A DNA stretch of 63,857 nucleotides from Gracilinanus agilis. Lineage: Eukaryota. Shown here piece by piece: positions 62,094 through 63,857 of the stretch (within the stretch, counting starts at the first letter, position 1; every line of letters starts with the position of its first letter). The stretch is taken from positions 15,567,968 to 15,631,824 of the forward strand of contig NC_058132.1 of assembly GCF_016433145.1 (NCBI RefSeq). Direction: 5' to 3'. The position numbers and the translations under genes were made by a program. The notes beneath the pieces were generated by a model, which was given only the letters and a program-made list of their open reading frames with translations, did no database searches and was not told the origin of the DNA.

Positions 62094-62984
62094 ATATATG
62101 TTTCAAAAATTCCTGCAATCACTAGGGTGTTAAATGATGTTGCAGCATCTTGAGTAATTGCATTCTCAAAAATGGAGTTTCAACTGTCTAAGAAAGTCTG
62201 AACTCTTTCTTTCCACATCACCACATGCTCACATGAAAGAAAAATCTTAAGAATTTCCATCAGGTCATCAATGATCTTCCCATGCAACAAGAAGTTCATC
62301 TGGGAACAAGGAGTCTGATTCAGTGGAAAGAATTCTGGTTTGGGAATCAGAAGACGTGGAACCAAATCCCACCTCTGTCACTTACTACTAGCATGAATTT
62401 GAGCAAATCATTTAAATTCTATGAATGTCAAATGAATGAATTTTATACTATGACTAATAATAATAATAATAACTGACTTGTGTGTAGTGCTTTAGTCCTG
62501 CAAAACACATCATGTATATTTCCTCCTTTTGTTCTTTACAATCATCTTAAGAGCCAAATGAAATCATTTTAAAAGTTACTACTTTTTAAAAAGTGATAAC
62601 AAAATGAAGATCACTAAGTGATTTGATCATGAACAAAAAACCAATGAGTGTGTGGTGAAATTTGGATGGAGGTCTTCTTAACTGCAAGTCTAGTTTTCAA
62701 CTCACCCAGTCAAAGTGTCTTTTTAAGATTTCTTTTATTTCTAAATCCATGGATTCTATAAGAGATAAGTTTTCTGTGAAATAATAACTTCCCAATAGCT
62801 CCACAATAGAGGGCATTCGGTAAAATTTTATAAGGCTCTAGTCCTCTTCCTGAAACTTTTCTGATACATGTTCTTAGTGCCTTTACAATTTAACAACAAA
62901 ATAATGGCAATTTGTCATATTAGTAATAATTATAACAATAGTAATCATCATCCAAATAACATTTATGTATATAGTGCTTTTTTT

Positions 62985-63210
62985 AGGGCAGCTAGTTGGC
63001 ATGATGGATAGAGTGACAGGCCTAGAATCAAGAAGATCTGAGATCAAATTCAGCCTCAGACACTCACTAGCTTTATGATCCTGGGGAAATCACTTAATCC
63101 TGTTTGCCTCAGTTTCTTCATCATCAGTAAAATGAGCTGGAGAAAGAAATTGCCAAGGAATTGGTTAAGAAAACTCTAAATGGTGTCAGGCAGACTGAAA
63201 TGACTCACCA
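62985..63210 (+). mobile_element. MAR1-type CORE-SINE
   Basis: gggcagctagttggcatgatggatagag...atgagctggagaaagaaattgcc. Confidence 0.75.
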
Positions 63211-63760
63211 GCAACATAGATTGCTGAATGGTTTGCAAAGCACTTTACATATATAAATTATCAGAAACTAATTAATTATTTTCTCTAGCCATGGTATTGA
63301 ATGAATTGATTGCTACTCTTTACCATGGTATTGGCATGAAGAGGAATACGCTTGTCCCCTACTAAGCACAAAGTTATTGCATCAGCATTATTATCCTATC
63401 AGAAAGCATTTTCTACAACTATATGGGATTCTCTTGAAAGATCAACTAAATGAGCAATGATTACCTCTCCTAAATTCGACACTTTGATCCTTTCTGTGTT
63501 CCTTAGAAGCCCTGAAGGGATTCTTGCATTAGGTACAACCTTTGTACCTACCTTTAACAATTTGGTCAACACCTCTGATAGCTTCCAGAGCACAAAGCTG
63601 GCTCCCCTCTTCTAAGATCTCTAAATGGATAAAAGTGCTCCGTGCCTATGAGTGCTTCAAGACCTTGCTTATTGGACTAAACCATTAATTTACCCCTAGA
63701 CTGTGCGTCTCATTCTAGTTCATGGAATCAGGAGCTCCCAAAGGTGAAAAAGGAAAACAA

Positions 63761-63857
63761 GAGAAGAGAAGACAAGAGAAGAAGAGAAAAGAAAAGACGA
63801 GAAGAGAAGAGAAGAGAAGAGAAGAGAAGAGAAGAGAAGAGAAGAGAAGAGAAGAGA
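63761..63857. repeat. (GAGAA)n purine microsatellite, running off the window end
   Basis: Tandem gagaa units. Confidence 0.97.

Noticed and set aside
1-63857. tRNA genes, CRISPR arrays or prokaryotic systems
   Set aside because: The tRNA-like A/B boxes all belong to SINE heads, and there is no repeat-spacer array or operon-like structure.

Overview
Mammalian genomic DNA, almost certainly a didelphid marsupial (Monodelphis-like): it carries young SINE1_Mdo-type SINEs, MAR1 CORE-SINEs, marsupial L1 and MdoRep1-like repeats. The window is part of a class II olfactory receptor (OR) cluster with four intact 7TM ORFs arranged <- -> <- ->. These are two OR10A-like paralogs on the minus strand (38..1000 and 34289..35260, about 87% aa identical by hand count), one OR6-family gene (+, 22022..22957) and one OR13-family gene (+, 61089..62021). 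The rest is mostly nested transposable elements (L1, CR1/L3, L2/MIR, MAR1, SINE1, solo LTRs, one hAT MITE), micro/minisatellites and three N gaps. Best lead: the OR6 ORF as called lacks its N-glycosylation Asn, and a candidate upstream mini-exon (ATG 20833, donor 20863) splices in frame to restore it, which would make it an intron-split OR. A similar in-frame ATG-G|GT mini-exon is possible for the first OR10 gene. HD + O/E motif pairs followed by a splice donor occur upstream of three ORs, and there is an unexplained perfect 52-bp inverted repeat at 53703..54065. All family names come from motif recognition and memory, not database searches. Repeat boundaries without TSDs are approximate, and many short MIR/L2 remnants are not listed. 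No prokaryotic-type system (CRISPR, operon) is present.
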